Shown here: piece after piece, positions 49,614 to 59,131 of the stretch
Layout of the letters: each line of letters opens with the position of its first letter
How positions within the stretch are numbered: position 1 is the stretch's first letter
Source: a virus
DNA: 64,000 nucleotides
Reading direction: 5' to 3' (one strand)
IMG/VR virus record: IMGVR_UViG_3300028584_001239
Program-made: the position numbers and the translations under genes
Notes under the pieces: generated by a model
Databases searched by the model: none
Told to the model about the DNA's origin: nothing
What the model saw: only the letters and a program-made list of their open reading frames with translations

Positions 49614-50117
49614 ATGTATACTTACCTAATGCCATTCATCGGCATTCCACTCAATCAATATCCGTATAACGCCAAGTTAAAATCCAAAGAGTTGGTCACC
49701 GAGCTAGAAAACTTTGCCCATGAAGACTTAACATTCAAACGTCATATGGAAGATCCTAATTTATTCAAAGAAGAAGCTTCACCTGATGTCGTGTTCTTGT
49801 TAGAAAATATTGAAAAACTAATGAAAAATGAACCGGGTTTCGAAAAATATCAAATATTTCTTACGGATTATGAATTAGATTTTGAAGTTAGATATAATGG
49901 TGGCAATGAAAATCCAGCAATATTAGGTTTTTACATTGAAAAATTGTGTCCATTACCTGATACAGAAATAATGAAAATTAATGTCAATATGACAGAAATA
50001 AACAGATTAGCTGAACTCTTTGAAGAATTGGCTGAAAAATTATTCTCAGCAACAGCCTTCAAACAATTGAAAGATGACAATTTGATTGGTGCCTTCTATA
50101 ATATCCATTCCAGTTAA
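49614..50117 (+). CDS. Hypothetical protein
   Basis: SD AGGAG. Confidence 0.8.
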   Translation: MYTYLMPFIGIPLNQYPYNAKLKSKELVTELENFAHEDLTFKRHMEDPNLFKEEASPDVVFLLENIEKLMKNEPGFEKYQIFLTDYELDFEVRYNGGNENPAILGFYIEKLCPLPDTEIMKINVNMTEINRLAELFEELAEKLFSATAFKQLKDDNLIGAFYNIHSS

Positions 50118-50129
50118 ATTTAAACCAAT

Positions 50130-50158
50130 AAAAAACACACCTAGCAGTGTGTTTTTTT
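50130..50158. terminator. Bidirectional intrinsic terminator
   Basis: AAAAAACACAC-ctagca-GTGTGTTTTTT. Confidence 0.8.
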
Positions 50159-50180
50159 ATTATAGTTATTTTTCAGTTAA

Positions 50181-50630
50181 CTACCAAGCAACATCATGAT
50201 GTGATTTTTTACCGGCTATTAATGTTACCATGAAATCGTCAAAAGAAACATTATTACCAGCTAATCGTTGAGGATTCATTGGGCACAAAAATTTTTCAGG
50301 AACCATGTCATATTTAGTGCCATCAACCATGTCTTCCAAGTCATAGAGATAGATTTTATTGGAATTGTCAAGATAAGTTGTTTTAATAACAAATTGCTCA
50401 TCCACCATACTACGTGTTAGCACAGTGACTTTCATGTCAACTCTATATTTTGGCGGGCCAATTTCAGCTTTCACACTAGCATTCTTCTCTTCAAAATACT
50501 TATCATACCGCTTACGCATGAACACTTTCAAAAAGAAAATAAACGATCCTGATAAAAGAATCATTCCGAAGTTAGATTTTTCTGTCACATTGTCATGCAA
50601 TTTTAGCATCAAGAACTTAAAAATAGTCAT
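50181..50630 (-). CDS. Hypothetical protein, possible SH3/KOW-like beta domain
   Basis: SD GAGG; PKYRVDMKVTV...YLYDL...VPEKFL pattern. Confidence 0.65.
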   Translation of the reverse strand: MTIFKFLMLKLHDNVTEKSNFGMILLSGSFIFFLKVFMRKRYDKYFEEKNASVKAEIGPPKYRVDMKVTVLTRSMVDEQFVIKTTYLDNSNKIYLYDLEDMVDGTKYDMVPEKFLCPMNPQRLAGNNVSFDDFMVTLIAGKKSHHDVAW

Positions 50631-50736
50631 AAGATAACCTCGAATTTATTTGATGGTGCATTATATCATAATTCTAGCAAAATTAGAAGCCTATTTGACA
50701 TCCGTTTAAGAATATTTAAGATGTGTTAAATCAATA

Positions 50737-51363
50737 ATGTATAAAAAAATGAAAAAATATAAATACGCAAAACTTCTTACACTCGCTGAAGCCGGATATC
50801 ACTGTAATGACAACGGATTGTTTTTAAAATATTTTAATGGTTTTTTAAATGAATTTGAATTGGAAATGCCAAGCTATTTAGATAAGAGTTTTGAAAACTG
50901 TATAAACTATTTAAATTCAATTTCCTTTATAATGGTAGAGAGATTTTTATGTTCTTATTTTCTTTACATAGAAAATAAAGGAATACAATCTTCTGTGGTA
51001 GGTGGTTTTGATCAGTATGATGTGGAAGAATTAAAACGTTTAGAAAATCGTTCACCCAATATGAGGTTAAAGATAGATCAAACAGATACAGACATATCAT
51101 ATCAAGGAAGATTATCTATTAAAATAAATAGTGATGGCATTTTATACCTAGACAATTCAGCGGATTTTTCAATTTTTGATATATTCAAAAAGAAAGAAAA
51201 CAACCCACGTTACTTCATTAACACAAAAGACTTTATAACTATTTATAACAAATTGAAAAAACCTATGAATAAGAAGGATGTTAAAGATTTTAAATTATTT
51301 TTTAAATCTGTTGTTGGTAAACCAGTAAAAGAATATTATGAACCTACAATAATTGAAATTTAA
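50737..51363 (+). CDS. Hypothetical protein
   Basis: 208-aa ORF. Confidence 0.7.
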   Translation: MYKKMKKYKYAKLLTLAEAGYHCNDNGLFLKYFNGFLNEFELEMPSYLDKSFENCINYLNSISFIMVERFLCSYFLYIENKGIQSSVVGGFDQYDVEELKRLENRSPNMRLKIDQTDTDISYQGRLSIKINSDGILYLDNSADFSIFDIFKKKENNPRYFINTKDFITIYNKLKKPMNKKDVKDFKLFFKSVVGKPVKEYYEPTIIEI

Positions 51364-51443
51364 AATAATCATTAAATCACAGAAAGTGTAGATTTCTTAT
51401 GGTATAATATTAATATATCAATCAGTTATGAAACGGAACTTAA

Positions 51444-52556
51444 ATGCCATACGAGTATAAAAAACAAGTCAGTATAGACAGTCTATTAGGCGTTCATGAT
51501 AAACATGAAATCACTTGCCCACGAATTAACCCACTGCAGTTCGATACCGAATGTGCTACTAAGGTCTATAAAGTAGAACTTGATTTCGATCCAGAAAATT
51601 TAAAATTAAATTTAACCGAGTTATTCAAAGCCATGAATGATTTAGATAAATGGTCGGCTGATATCATAGAGGTGTTGAATAACCTACCAGAAATAAAAAA
51701 ACACATCATTTTAAGTGAAGCCTTTTTAACTGATCATCAATACACACAGAGACTGGAAGATCTAGAGACAGACCATAAGCCAGAAATAACTGAGTACGCC
51801 GAATCTATTAATGGATTGATAGAAGAATGGAAAACGTATAGAAATGACTATGCAGAAGCCCATGAAGAAGAGTTAAAACAACAAGCATTGTTAGAAGAAC
51901 AAGAAAAAGAATTACTCTTTTTAAAATTGAATGGTAAAGATTTAGACGACTGCATGGAATTAATTGAGTTCTATAAAGATGAAGTATACGAACAAACAGA
52001 AAAGAAAGATGACGCCAAAACTAATTTTGAACGTTATGTGAAAGATGACTTCGAGAAACAAGTTAAACAGTTCTCTTATTTTCTCGAAGACGTAAGAAAT
52101 AGAAACGATGATTTAAGATGTGGTATTGGTGAGATAAAAACCCAAATGGAAAAACACGTCAAAGAACTATTAAACCTATACCAACCAGACGAATATTTAG
52201 ATCTTAAATTTGGTATTCAACCTTCTGTTGCTAACTTAGGTGTGCTATTTAATGATACTGAAACCGATGCAAGAAATGAGAAAGTTAACTTTAAAAGCTT
52301 TGCTCTTGGAATGAGAGCTAAACGTTTTATTACCTTTGAACAACTAAACACCCTTATTGATCTAAATGAAAAGGAAGTGGATAACACTGATCATCGAGAC
52401 GTTAAGAAAACAGCTCTACTTGATATGTTAAAAACTAATGGGGTGATTACTGTTAGATATTATAACGATCAAAAAGAATATGCCCATAACAGAGAAGCTT
52501 ATACTGAACAACATCTTAATAAACCTCTATACAAACCTAAGTTTAAGAATGGTTAA
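51444..52556 (+). CDS. Coiled-coil hypothetical protein; tandem paralog of 52642..53754
   Basis: KKQVS.D.LLGVHD.H.ITCPRIN, LYQPDEYLD, ANLGVLFNDT shared; both 370 aa. Confidence 0.85.
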   Translation: MPYEYKKQVSIDSLLGVHDKHEITCPRINPLQFDTECATKVYKVELDFDPENLKLNLTELFKAMNDLDKWSADIIEVLNNLPEIKKHIILSEAFLTDHQYTQRLEDLETDHKPEITEYAESINGLIEEWKTYRNDYAEAHEEELKQQALLEEQEKELLFLKLNGKDLDDCMELIEFYKDEVYEQTEKKDDAKTNFERYVKDDFEKQVKQFSYFLEDVRNRNDDLRCGIGEIKTQMEKHVKELLNLYQPDEYLDLKFGIQPSVANLGVLFNDTETDARNEKVNFKSFALGMRAKRFITFEQLNTLIDLNEKEVDNTDHRDVKKTALLDMLKTNGVITVRYYNDQKEYAHNREAYTEQHLNKPLYKPKFKNG

Positions 52557-52641
52557 GCTTAGATACCGAATAACAGATCTTAAACTTAATATTTCTTATG
52601 CTATACTATAATTATATCAATTAGTCATAGAAAGGTTAGAC

Positions 52642-53754
52642 ATGGGTCACGATCATAAAAAGCAAGTCAGCGTAGATAGATTATTGGGTGTTCATGACGT
52701 ACATGATATTACCTGCCCTAGAATAAATGTATTGCAATTTAGCAGTAGAAATTCCACAAGGATTTATGAAGAAGACTTAGAACAAGAACCTGAAGAATTA
52801 AAAATCAACCTTACTGAACTATTTAAAGCAATGTATGACCTTGATCAATGGTCAAATGACATTATTAAAATTGTTAATAAGTTACCAGAACATTTATACA
52901 ATGGTGTGTTAGGTGAAGTTTTCAATTATGAAGAAGACTATGATAAATTAATAAACTCCATCAATACCGATTATAAGTCTGAACTAAGAGAATATGCCAC
53001 AGAAATTAATGGACTTATTGAACAATGGCAAGATTATAGACATGACTTGTTGGAAGCCAAAGATGAAGAAGTTAAACAACAAAAATTATTAACAAATCAA
53101 GAAAAAGAACTATTATTTTTAACCGTTAAAGGACAGAACACTGATGAATGTCTAGGTTTGATTGAATTTTATAAAAGTGAAGTTCAGGAACAACAAGAGA
53201 AAAAAGTCGATGCTTTGCATAATTTTGATAGATACATTAAAGATGATTTCAAAAAACTAACAAGAGAATTTTCTAGTTTCTTAGAGAAAGTAAGAGAAAG
53301 AAATGATGATGTAAGAGTTAGAATTGGTGATATCAAATATCAAATCTATAAACAAGCAAAATCTGAATTAGGGCTTTACCAACCAGATGAATACTTGGAT
53401 CGTACACTGGGCATTAAAGACAAAGAAGCTAACTTAGGCGTATTATTTAATGACACAGTGGTTGAAGAAAGAAATATATTTGTTAACTTCAATGCGTTTG
53501 TGATATCAGCTCGTTCCAAAGAATTTATAACATTTGATCAACTGAACGCCATCTTGAATTTAAAAGAAACCTTTAAAGTTTCATTTGAAGAGGAAAGAAA
53601 AGAACTATTGTTAGGTATGTTGAAAGAAAATGGATTTAATACTGTTAGGTATTACAATAATCATTTAGAGTATTCAAAAAATAGAGATAGCTACACAACA
53701 GAAGAACTCAACAAACCATTATCGAAGAAAAAAATAGGTAATATATGTATTTAA
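52642..53754 (+). CDS. Coiled-coil hypothetical protein; tandem paralog of 51444..52556
   Basis: Shared motifs along full length. Confidence 0.85.
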   Translation: MGHDHKKQVSVDRLLGVHDVHDITCPRINVLQFSSRNSTRIYEEDLEQEPEELKINLTELFKAMYDLDQWSNDIIKIVNKLPEHLYNGVLGEVFNYEEDYDKLINSINTDYKSELREYATEINGLIEQWQDYRHDLLEAKDEEVKQQKLLTNQEKELLFLTVKGQNTDECLGLIEFYKSEVQEQQEKKVDALHNFDRYIKDDFKKLTREFSSFLEKVRERNDDVRVRIGDIKYQIYKQAKSELGLYQPDEYLDRTLGIKDKEANLGVLFNDTVVEERNIFVNFNAFVISARSKEFITFDQLNAILNLKETFKVSFEEERKELLLGMLKENGFNTVRYYNNHLEYSKNRDSYTTEELNKPLSKKKIGNICI

Positions 53755-54356
53755 ACTGGTCAACGCCTATCTATTACTCATCACGATTAATAGGCTTCTA
53801 TGGAGAAAATGAAGGTGATTACGCATCAGATACTGATAACTTTGATTATCTCAGTTTGTATGACACTACACCATTTAGTGCTCATATGGATAAGCCTACT
53901 ATTTACTTCAAAGAAAACTATGACAGATTAATAAAATTTGATTGTTTATGGATGATAGGAGGGCAGTTACTGGTCAGTAAAAAGTTTAAAGCTATACTGG
54001 ATGGTTTAACCTCAAGTCGTATTGGATATATTGAACCTGCCGCTATCTATACGAGAGACAATAGAGAACTGAACGATTATTACATCATTAAACTGCTCGA
54101 TGAAGTATCAGCCATTGATCATGAAAATTCTGTATCGGTGTATAGCGAGGATAATCATTTCTTATATTACAATGAAAGATGTTTTAAAACCAATAGCACA
54201 GAAACAATGCTCCTAGCCAGAGAAGCATTATCCAAAGAGATTATTATTACAAAAGACTTGGCTGACAAGTTATTAGGTCTTGATGTCCAAGTGTATCAAT
54301 ATTTTGGTTTCTATACCGTTAATCCACTCGTAGAATATAAAAAGAAAAGAAAGTAG
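53745..54356 (+). CDS. Imm11/DUF1629-like immunity protein
   Basis: D...GGQLLVSKKFKAIL, YYIIKLL..V.AIDHENS, IIITKDLADKL pattern. Confidence 0.55.
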   Translation: MYLNWSTPIYYSSRLIGFYGENEGDYASDTDNFDYLSLYDTTPFSAHMDKPTIYFKENYDRLIKFDCLWMIGGQLLVSKKFKAILDGLTSSRIGYIEPAAIYTRDNRELNDYYIIKLLDEVSAIDHENSVSVYSEDNHFLYYNERCFKTNSTETMLLAREALSKEIIITKDLADKLLGLDVQVYQYFGFYTVNPLVEYKKKRK

Positions 54357-54357
54357 A

Positions 54358-54444
54358 TTACTTTTTACTTTCAATTCTCTTCAAGATTTCTAATGACTTA
54401 TTAATGGCATCAACAACTTTCTGACTTTCATTTTGGTAGTTCAT
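54358..54444 (-). CDS. 28-aa small ORF MNYQNESQKVVDAINKSLEILKRIESKK
   Basis: Not in track; GGAG 6 nt upstream, start overlaps 3' end of 54428 gene, amphipathic helix. Confidence 0.5.
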   Translation of the reverse strand: MNYQNESQKVVDAINKSLEILKRIESKK

Positions 54445-54871
54445 GGGTTTCTCCAATAATCTTCTCTTCAATATAGTCATTCAGATGCTTAATCAATTTC
54501 GTGTTAAGATAAATTGAAAACCTTGTCTTTTTATACTGACTAATAAACATCTCTTTGCACTTGCTTTTATGCAAGTAAGCAAGCTTGTTTAAATCTTTTA
54601 CAAGACGTGCTTCAATGTCAGCTTTCCGCTGCTTCGCCGTATTAGAAACTTCTGCAGTCAATTCATCAATAAACTCTGAAACTTGCTGTTCATTTTCAAA
54701 GATTGCAATAACCGTGTCATCTTGAAAACTATCATTGACATAAACCATGTGCTTGCCATTGTCAATATGTTGAGAAATCTGAATACCATACTTACGATGA
54801 CTACTCGCTTCGTTAAAGGCTTCAATTTTATCACCACTTTTACCAAACATTTTTTTGAGTTTAGACAACAT
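54428..54871 (-). CDS. Hypothetical protein
   Basis: SD GGAG. Confidence 0.75.
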   Translation of the reverse strand: MLSKLKKMFGKSGDKIEAFNEASSHRKYGIQISQHIDNGKHMVYVNDSFQDDTVIAIFENEQQVSEFIDELTAEVSNTAKQRKADIEARLVKDLNKLAYLHKSKCKEMFISQYKKTRFSIYLNTKLIKHLNDYIEEKIIGETHELPK

Positions 54872-54966
54872 TTCTTTATCTCTCCAAAGAATTTCGTTAA
54901 TTATAACACATTGTTAAATCGTCTTCAAGAAAAAGCCAACACTAGGCTGGCTTTTTTGTTAAGTTG

Positions 54967-55413
54967 TTAGCATGGCTCACGAAGTTCACGAACCTTCTGC
55001 TTACCACGACGACGCTTCAAGTTTTCATGATACAGAACAGCCAGTTCTTCGTTGGTAATCATACGATCACCTTTCAAGCAGTTACAGTTCAAGCACAAAG
55101 GTTGCAAGTTCTTGATGTAGTTGTTACCGCCATGATGTTTAGGGATAATGTGGTCAACGTTCATCAGAATCATACTATCAGTATAAACATCCCAGTGAAT
55201 ACCACCGGCTTTGTCAATACCTTGAATAAGACGGGTGCCTACGTTACGACAAGCTGGGTTAGAACATTCCAATCCATTCAAATGGAAAACACGAAGGCGG
55301 CGATGTTCAGCTCCGAATGGGCCAGAAATTAGCTCAATTGACGCTTCCATACTGAAAGTAAACCCTGTTGCCTTGATCAAGTCGCCAACTTGCAGAATCT
55401 TTTTCTCGCTCAT
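54967..55413 (-). CDS. HNH endonuclease
   Basis: CSNPAC, NVDHIIPKHHGGNNYIKNLQPLCLNCNCLKG. Confidence 0.85.
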   Translation of the reverse strand: MSEKKILQVGDLIKATGFTFSMEASIELISGPFGAEHRRLRVFHLNGLECSNPACRNVGTRLIQGIDKAGGIHWDVYTDSMILMNVDHIIPKHHGGNNYIKNLQPLCLNCNCLKGDRMITNEELAVLYHENLKRRRGKQKVRELREPC

Positions 55414-55572
55414 ACAAAAATCATCCTTATGTTTAATTATTATGAATGATTATAGCAAACAATGGGATATAGAGCAACAACCTTTTATTAAAATACTATG
55501 GTTTTCAAGAAAGAAATAACTTTAAAAAAAAGATAGAGTATGCTAAAATAGCGGCACTAGGAGAACCCTTAT

Positions 55573-56163
55573 ATGTCAAATGATAAATTAATAGAATGGA
55601 AAAGAAAGGGCGAACACTTACCTGTATTTTTGCGTGACCCGGAATCCCAAGACAACTTGCTCAGGTTGCTCTCACATTATTATTCAGATGCAGAATCATC
55701 AAATCCGTTGAACACTCATTCACTTGCAATCTTAAAGAAATACCTCTTTAATGTATTTTTTGATTACTTTGCTAGTAATGGACTGACACTTCAACCGATT
55801 AAGCATAAGCGTATTGAATTTTTAAATTTAGAACAAGAACTAAAAGCTTTCAAAGATTTTGAATGTGGTTTAACTGAAGACTTTACACTACAAACAACAG
55901 ACATGTGGTTTGAAATTGATCATTATCGTCAGGAATTATTGTTTCTTCCTGAATTTATGAATAATTTTGATAGGTTCAAATACATATTTCGAGATTTACA
56001 CCGACATGAAGATAATCTAAAAAAATATGGGCATTCGTTATCTGAAGTGGATGATAGAAATGCAACTATATTTATTATTGATTTTGTGCTGTGGTTCTTT
56101 GCAAAATATGGATATAAATTACAAATGTCAAAGAAAAAGTTAGAATTCGACGGTAATTTGTAA
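55573..56163 (+). CDS. Hypothetical protein with two internal repeats
   Basis: LP.F[LM]...F..NG.TLQ / LPEFM...FAKYGYKLQ; SD AGGAG. Confidence 0.75.
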   Translation: MSNDKLIEWKRKGEHLPVFLRDPESQDNLLRLLSHYYSDAESSNPLNTHSLAILKKYLFNVFFDYFASNGLTLQPIKHKRIEFLNLEQELKAFKDFECGLTEDFTLQTTDMWFEIDHYRQELLFLPEFMNNFDRFKYIFRDLHRHEDNLKKYGHSLSEVDDRNATIFIIDFVLWFFAKYGYKLQMSKKKLEFDGNL

Positions 56164-56203
56164 TTGAAAGCATAAGAAGCTTCGCAGCTTCTTATGTTAG
56201 TTA

Positions 56204-56503
56204 TTATTCTTTTTTAACAATAATGTTTGATTCGCAATCAGCTCCATTCATGGAAGCCATCGAATCAAGTTGCGTATAAACATCATGAGCAGTGGAATCT
56301 TTCAAGAAGTAAAGCGGCATGACAGCCGATACATTGGTGTAATCATGAACAGAACCATAAGTGTTCTTCAAGATATAGTAATAGTCATCTTCACCATCAA
56401 TATATCCCACAAGACGCTTAATCGACAAGTCATGAGAAATCACCAGTTGGTTAAAGCCATTGCTTACCAATTCGTGAAGGATTTCAGCGGTTAATACAGT
56501 CAT
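56204..56503 (-). CDS. Hypothetical protein
   Basis: SD AGGAG. Confidence 0.7.
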   Translation of the reverse strand: MTVLTAEILHELVSNGFNQLVISHDLSIKRLVGYIDGEDDYYYILKNTYGSVHDYTNVSAVMPLYFLKDSTAHDVYTQLDSMASMNGADCESNIIVKKE

Positions 56504-56631
56504 TACAAGTCTCCTAAATGAACGTCATTATACCATATGGCTTAATTTACTGTCAATTTAATTGAGATTTAACAGCGATTGACCATGAACATCATTTGTG
56601 ATAAAATGCGGCGAATATAGGAGAATTACTC

Positions 56632-57042
56632 ATGATTAAATTTGAGACATTAAATGACTTGAAGTTATTTATTGAACACATTGAAAAAAATCGACCAAAA
56701 GATTTGGACAACACCGTTGAGATTGCAATTGTTTCTCAAGGGTCAATTGGTGGAATGCCTACTGTCAAAATTAGAGACATGGTATGTGGCATTGATTGGG
56801 ATAACGGTAAGTTCATTATCTATACCGATGAACCTGTCATTAAATTAACACCTGATGAACTCAAAGATGTTCGTAAAAGTATTTCCCAAGCGTATTCATA
56901 CCACACCAGTCTGGTTGTAAGGCCACTCATGCAAGAAAACAAAGAAATGAAAGAATTCATTTTAAATCTTGATCCAAGTCTTTTGAATAACGAACAAAAA
57001 GCCTATGTAGACAGTTTGAAAAAAACCAAAAAGAAACAATAA
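56632..57042 (+). CDS. Hypothetical protein
   Basis: SD AGGAG; GIDWDNGK motif. Confidence 0.75.
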   Translation: MIKFETLNDLKLFIEHIEKNRPKDLDNTVEIAIVSQGSIGGMPTVKIRDMVCGIDWDNGKFIIYTDEPVIKLTPDELKDVRKSISQAYSYHTSLVVRPLMQENKEMKEFILNLDPSLLNNEQKAYVDSLKKTKKKQ

Positions 57043-57094
57043 GAAAACTGTCATCATTTTATATTGGTTATCATACTTTAATATTTCTAAAATA

Positions 57095-57757
57095 ATGTTA
57101 AAATATAAGAAACCAATGAGATTAAAGATGTCAAAAGAAAGTAAAAAAGACTTATCTTCCTACACTGATGATGAATTAGATAAACTAGAACATCACACAC
57201 TTGATGTAGCAAAGATTATGGAATACGCTAATCCATTCAATGGGTGTTGGATGGAATTAGATAAACCTATTACCATTGAAGAAGTGAAACAATGTATCAA
57301 AGACGGTAAAGCAGAATTAGCCATCACACCAAGTTGGTATGACATTGCCTTCAAGAAAGTTGAATTAACACCAGAAGAAATTCGTGAAAACCATGTCAAA
57401 AAAATAGCATTTTTTGCAATCAATGAACCTGAAAAAGTTATCTCAATAGACGTAGGTATTCCAAGCATGGGTCATTACCCAGATTACATTCTTGATGATG
57501 GAAACCATCGTTTAGCCGGGACGATTGTATCAGGACGCCCAACCATTAAAGCTTCTGTTTCTGGTGCAGAAGATCATGCCAGAGAAATGGGTTTATGGAA
57601 TCCAAACGAATTCCACGTAGAAGCCACTCGTAGGTTTTTCGCCAGACAAACACCAAGAGATCCTGATGACGAAGTGGCTGTTCAAATGGTCAAAATTCCA
57701 CAAGTAGCTGCGGTACCACAATGTGTTAAGCCACCAACACCTAAAATAAAGATGTAA
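57095..57757 (+). CDS. ParB/Srx-like nuclease-fold protein
   Basis: YILDDGNHRLAG motif; start uncertain. Confidence 0.55.
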   Translation: MLKYKKPMRLKMSKESKKDLSSYTDDELDKLEHHTLDVAKIMEYANPFNGCWMELDKPITIEEVKQCIKDGKAELAITPSWYDIAFKKVELTPEEIRENHVKKIAFFAINEPEKVISIDVGIPSMGHYPDYILDDGNHRLAGTIVSGRPTIKASVSGAEDHAREMGLWNPNEFHVEATRRFFARQTPRDPDDEVAVQMVKIPQVAAVPQCVKPPTPKIKM

Positions 57758-57781
57758 AAAAAGACCCTCTCGGGTCTTTTT
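57756..57781. terminator. Bidirectional intrinsic terminator
   Basis: AAAAAAAGACCC-tctc-GGGTCTTTTT. Confidence 0.8.
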
Positions 57782-57804
57782 CATTGTCTACATTTTAAAC
57801 ACAG

Positions 57805-59031
57805 TTACCATTTCTTTTTCTTGCTAGCTTCACTGAAAACGATGCTGTAAGCGTCACATTCATCAAACTCTGGATATTCAAATCGATCATCTTGATAATG
57901 AATGATTTTAGCCCCCACTGAATGTTCACGTTCATTGTCACGCTTTACAATGTTAGTCAATGAGTCGGTCAAGAAGTCAACACGAGTCAAAGCATTGTAG
58001 TTATGACCAATCGTCAACACTTTATCACGGAAGTCACGACGAATGTTGGTAGCATCATAAACAACTTTATTCTTTTTCGCCAACAATGTCTTGATTTTCA
58101 ACCTTGCCACCTGCAGAACTTTGTCTTCATTGGTGTGGTCTTGTCTATTCTTGCCCAAATCGGCCCGAATTTCATCAAGAGATACCAAAACATGATCAGG
58201 ATACTTCTGCTTAATATAAGTGGATTTACCAACGCCACTGATACCGGCCATCACCACCAGTTCACCATGTTCATCTTTGTGAGCAAAGAATTTACTTTCT
58301 GCTTCTTCTGGCATATGGATAGTGCCATTAAGCAACGCTTTGAAACCTTTCATTTGCACATATTCATTATCACTGATTTCTGGAAGTTTAGCACCTTCAA
58401 AGCAACCATGTTCCTGAGCATACAACTTAAACAGTTCAAGATATTCAAGCTGATTTTCAAGGTCTTCACCAATACGACCTTTCATATCCGCAATTTCAAG
58501 GAAATACAAGAGATCCAAACGAGCTTTCTGAGAAAGGTTGAAATACTCCCAGTGGCTTTTATCTCGCATGATCATCAATTTAGGTACTTGGTGATATCCA
58601 ACAAGGCCCATAATTTTCAAAATATTTTCTTGTGAAATGTTGAGCGACTGAATGCGATGAATAAGGTAAGAGATACCTACATACTCATGTTTTGGAGCAA
58701 TCACACAAACACGACCATTACGTTCGGCTTCTTTCGTTACCAAAGGTTTAGCAATGTCATGGAGCAATGCACCAATAATCAATGAAAACTTATCATCATC
58801 ACTGAGATAAGAAGCTTGATTAGCAATAAGGTCATAGGTTTGATCAAGCACCATATCGGTGTGAATGTGAACATCCCCTTCTGCGTGCCAAATTTTATCT
58901 TGATGGGTATCTTTAAATTTTGTGAGCAGAGGGAATTTATCACCAACCATTTCAATAAATTGGCTAACATTGTAGTGATTTTTTAAAATATCCTGAATGT
59001 CCACGGTAACGTCCTCGTTAAATTTATACAA
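57805..59031 (-). CDS. HD-domain phosphoesterase fused to polynucleotide kinase (HD-Pnk)
   Basis: QDKIWHAEGDVHIHT, ALLHDIAKP, YHQVP; Walker A AGISGVGKST, SLDEIR, VVYDATN. Confidence 0.85.
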   Translation of the reverse strand: MYKFNEDVTVDIQDILKNHYNVSQFIEMVGDKFPLLTKFKDTHQDKIWHAEGDVHIHTDMVLDQTYDLIANQASYLSDDDKFSLIIGALLHDIAKPLVTKEAERNGRVCVIAPKHEYVGISYLIHRIQSLNISQENILKIMGLVGYHQVPKLMIMRDKSHWEYFNLSQKARLDLLYFLEIADMKGRIGEDLENQLEYLELFKLYAQEHGCFEGAKLPEISDNEYVQMKGFKALLNGTIHMPEEAESKFFAHKDEHGELVVMAGISGVGKSTYIKQKYPDHVLVSLDEIRADLGKNRQDHTNEDKVLQVARLKIKTLLAKKNKVVYDATNIRRDFRDKVLTIGHNYNALTRVDFLTDSLTNIVKRDNEREHSVGAKIIHYQDDRFEYPEFDECDAYSIVFSEASKKKKW

Positions 59032-59087
59032 TTATACCTGAAATAATCAAAAAGATCAATTGAATATAAACAAATTATAAGAATAAG

Positions 59088-59117
59088 AAAAAAGAAAGGA
59101 GCCGAAGCTCCTTTTTT
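59088..59117 (-). terminator. Intrinsic terminator
   Basis: AAAGGAGC-cgaa-GCTCCTTT flanked by A/T tracts. Confidence 0.75.
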
Positions 59118-59131
59118 ATATAGGCTAACTA

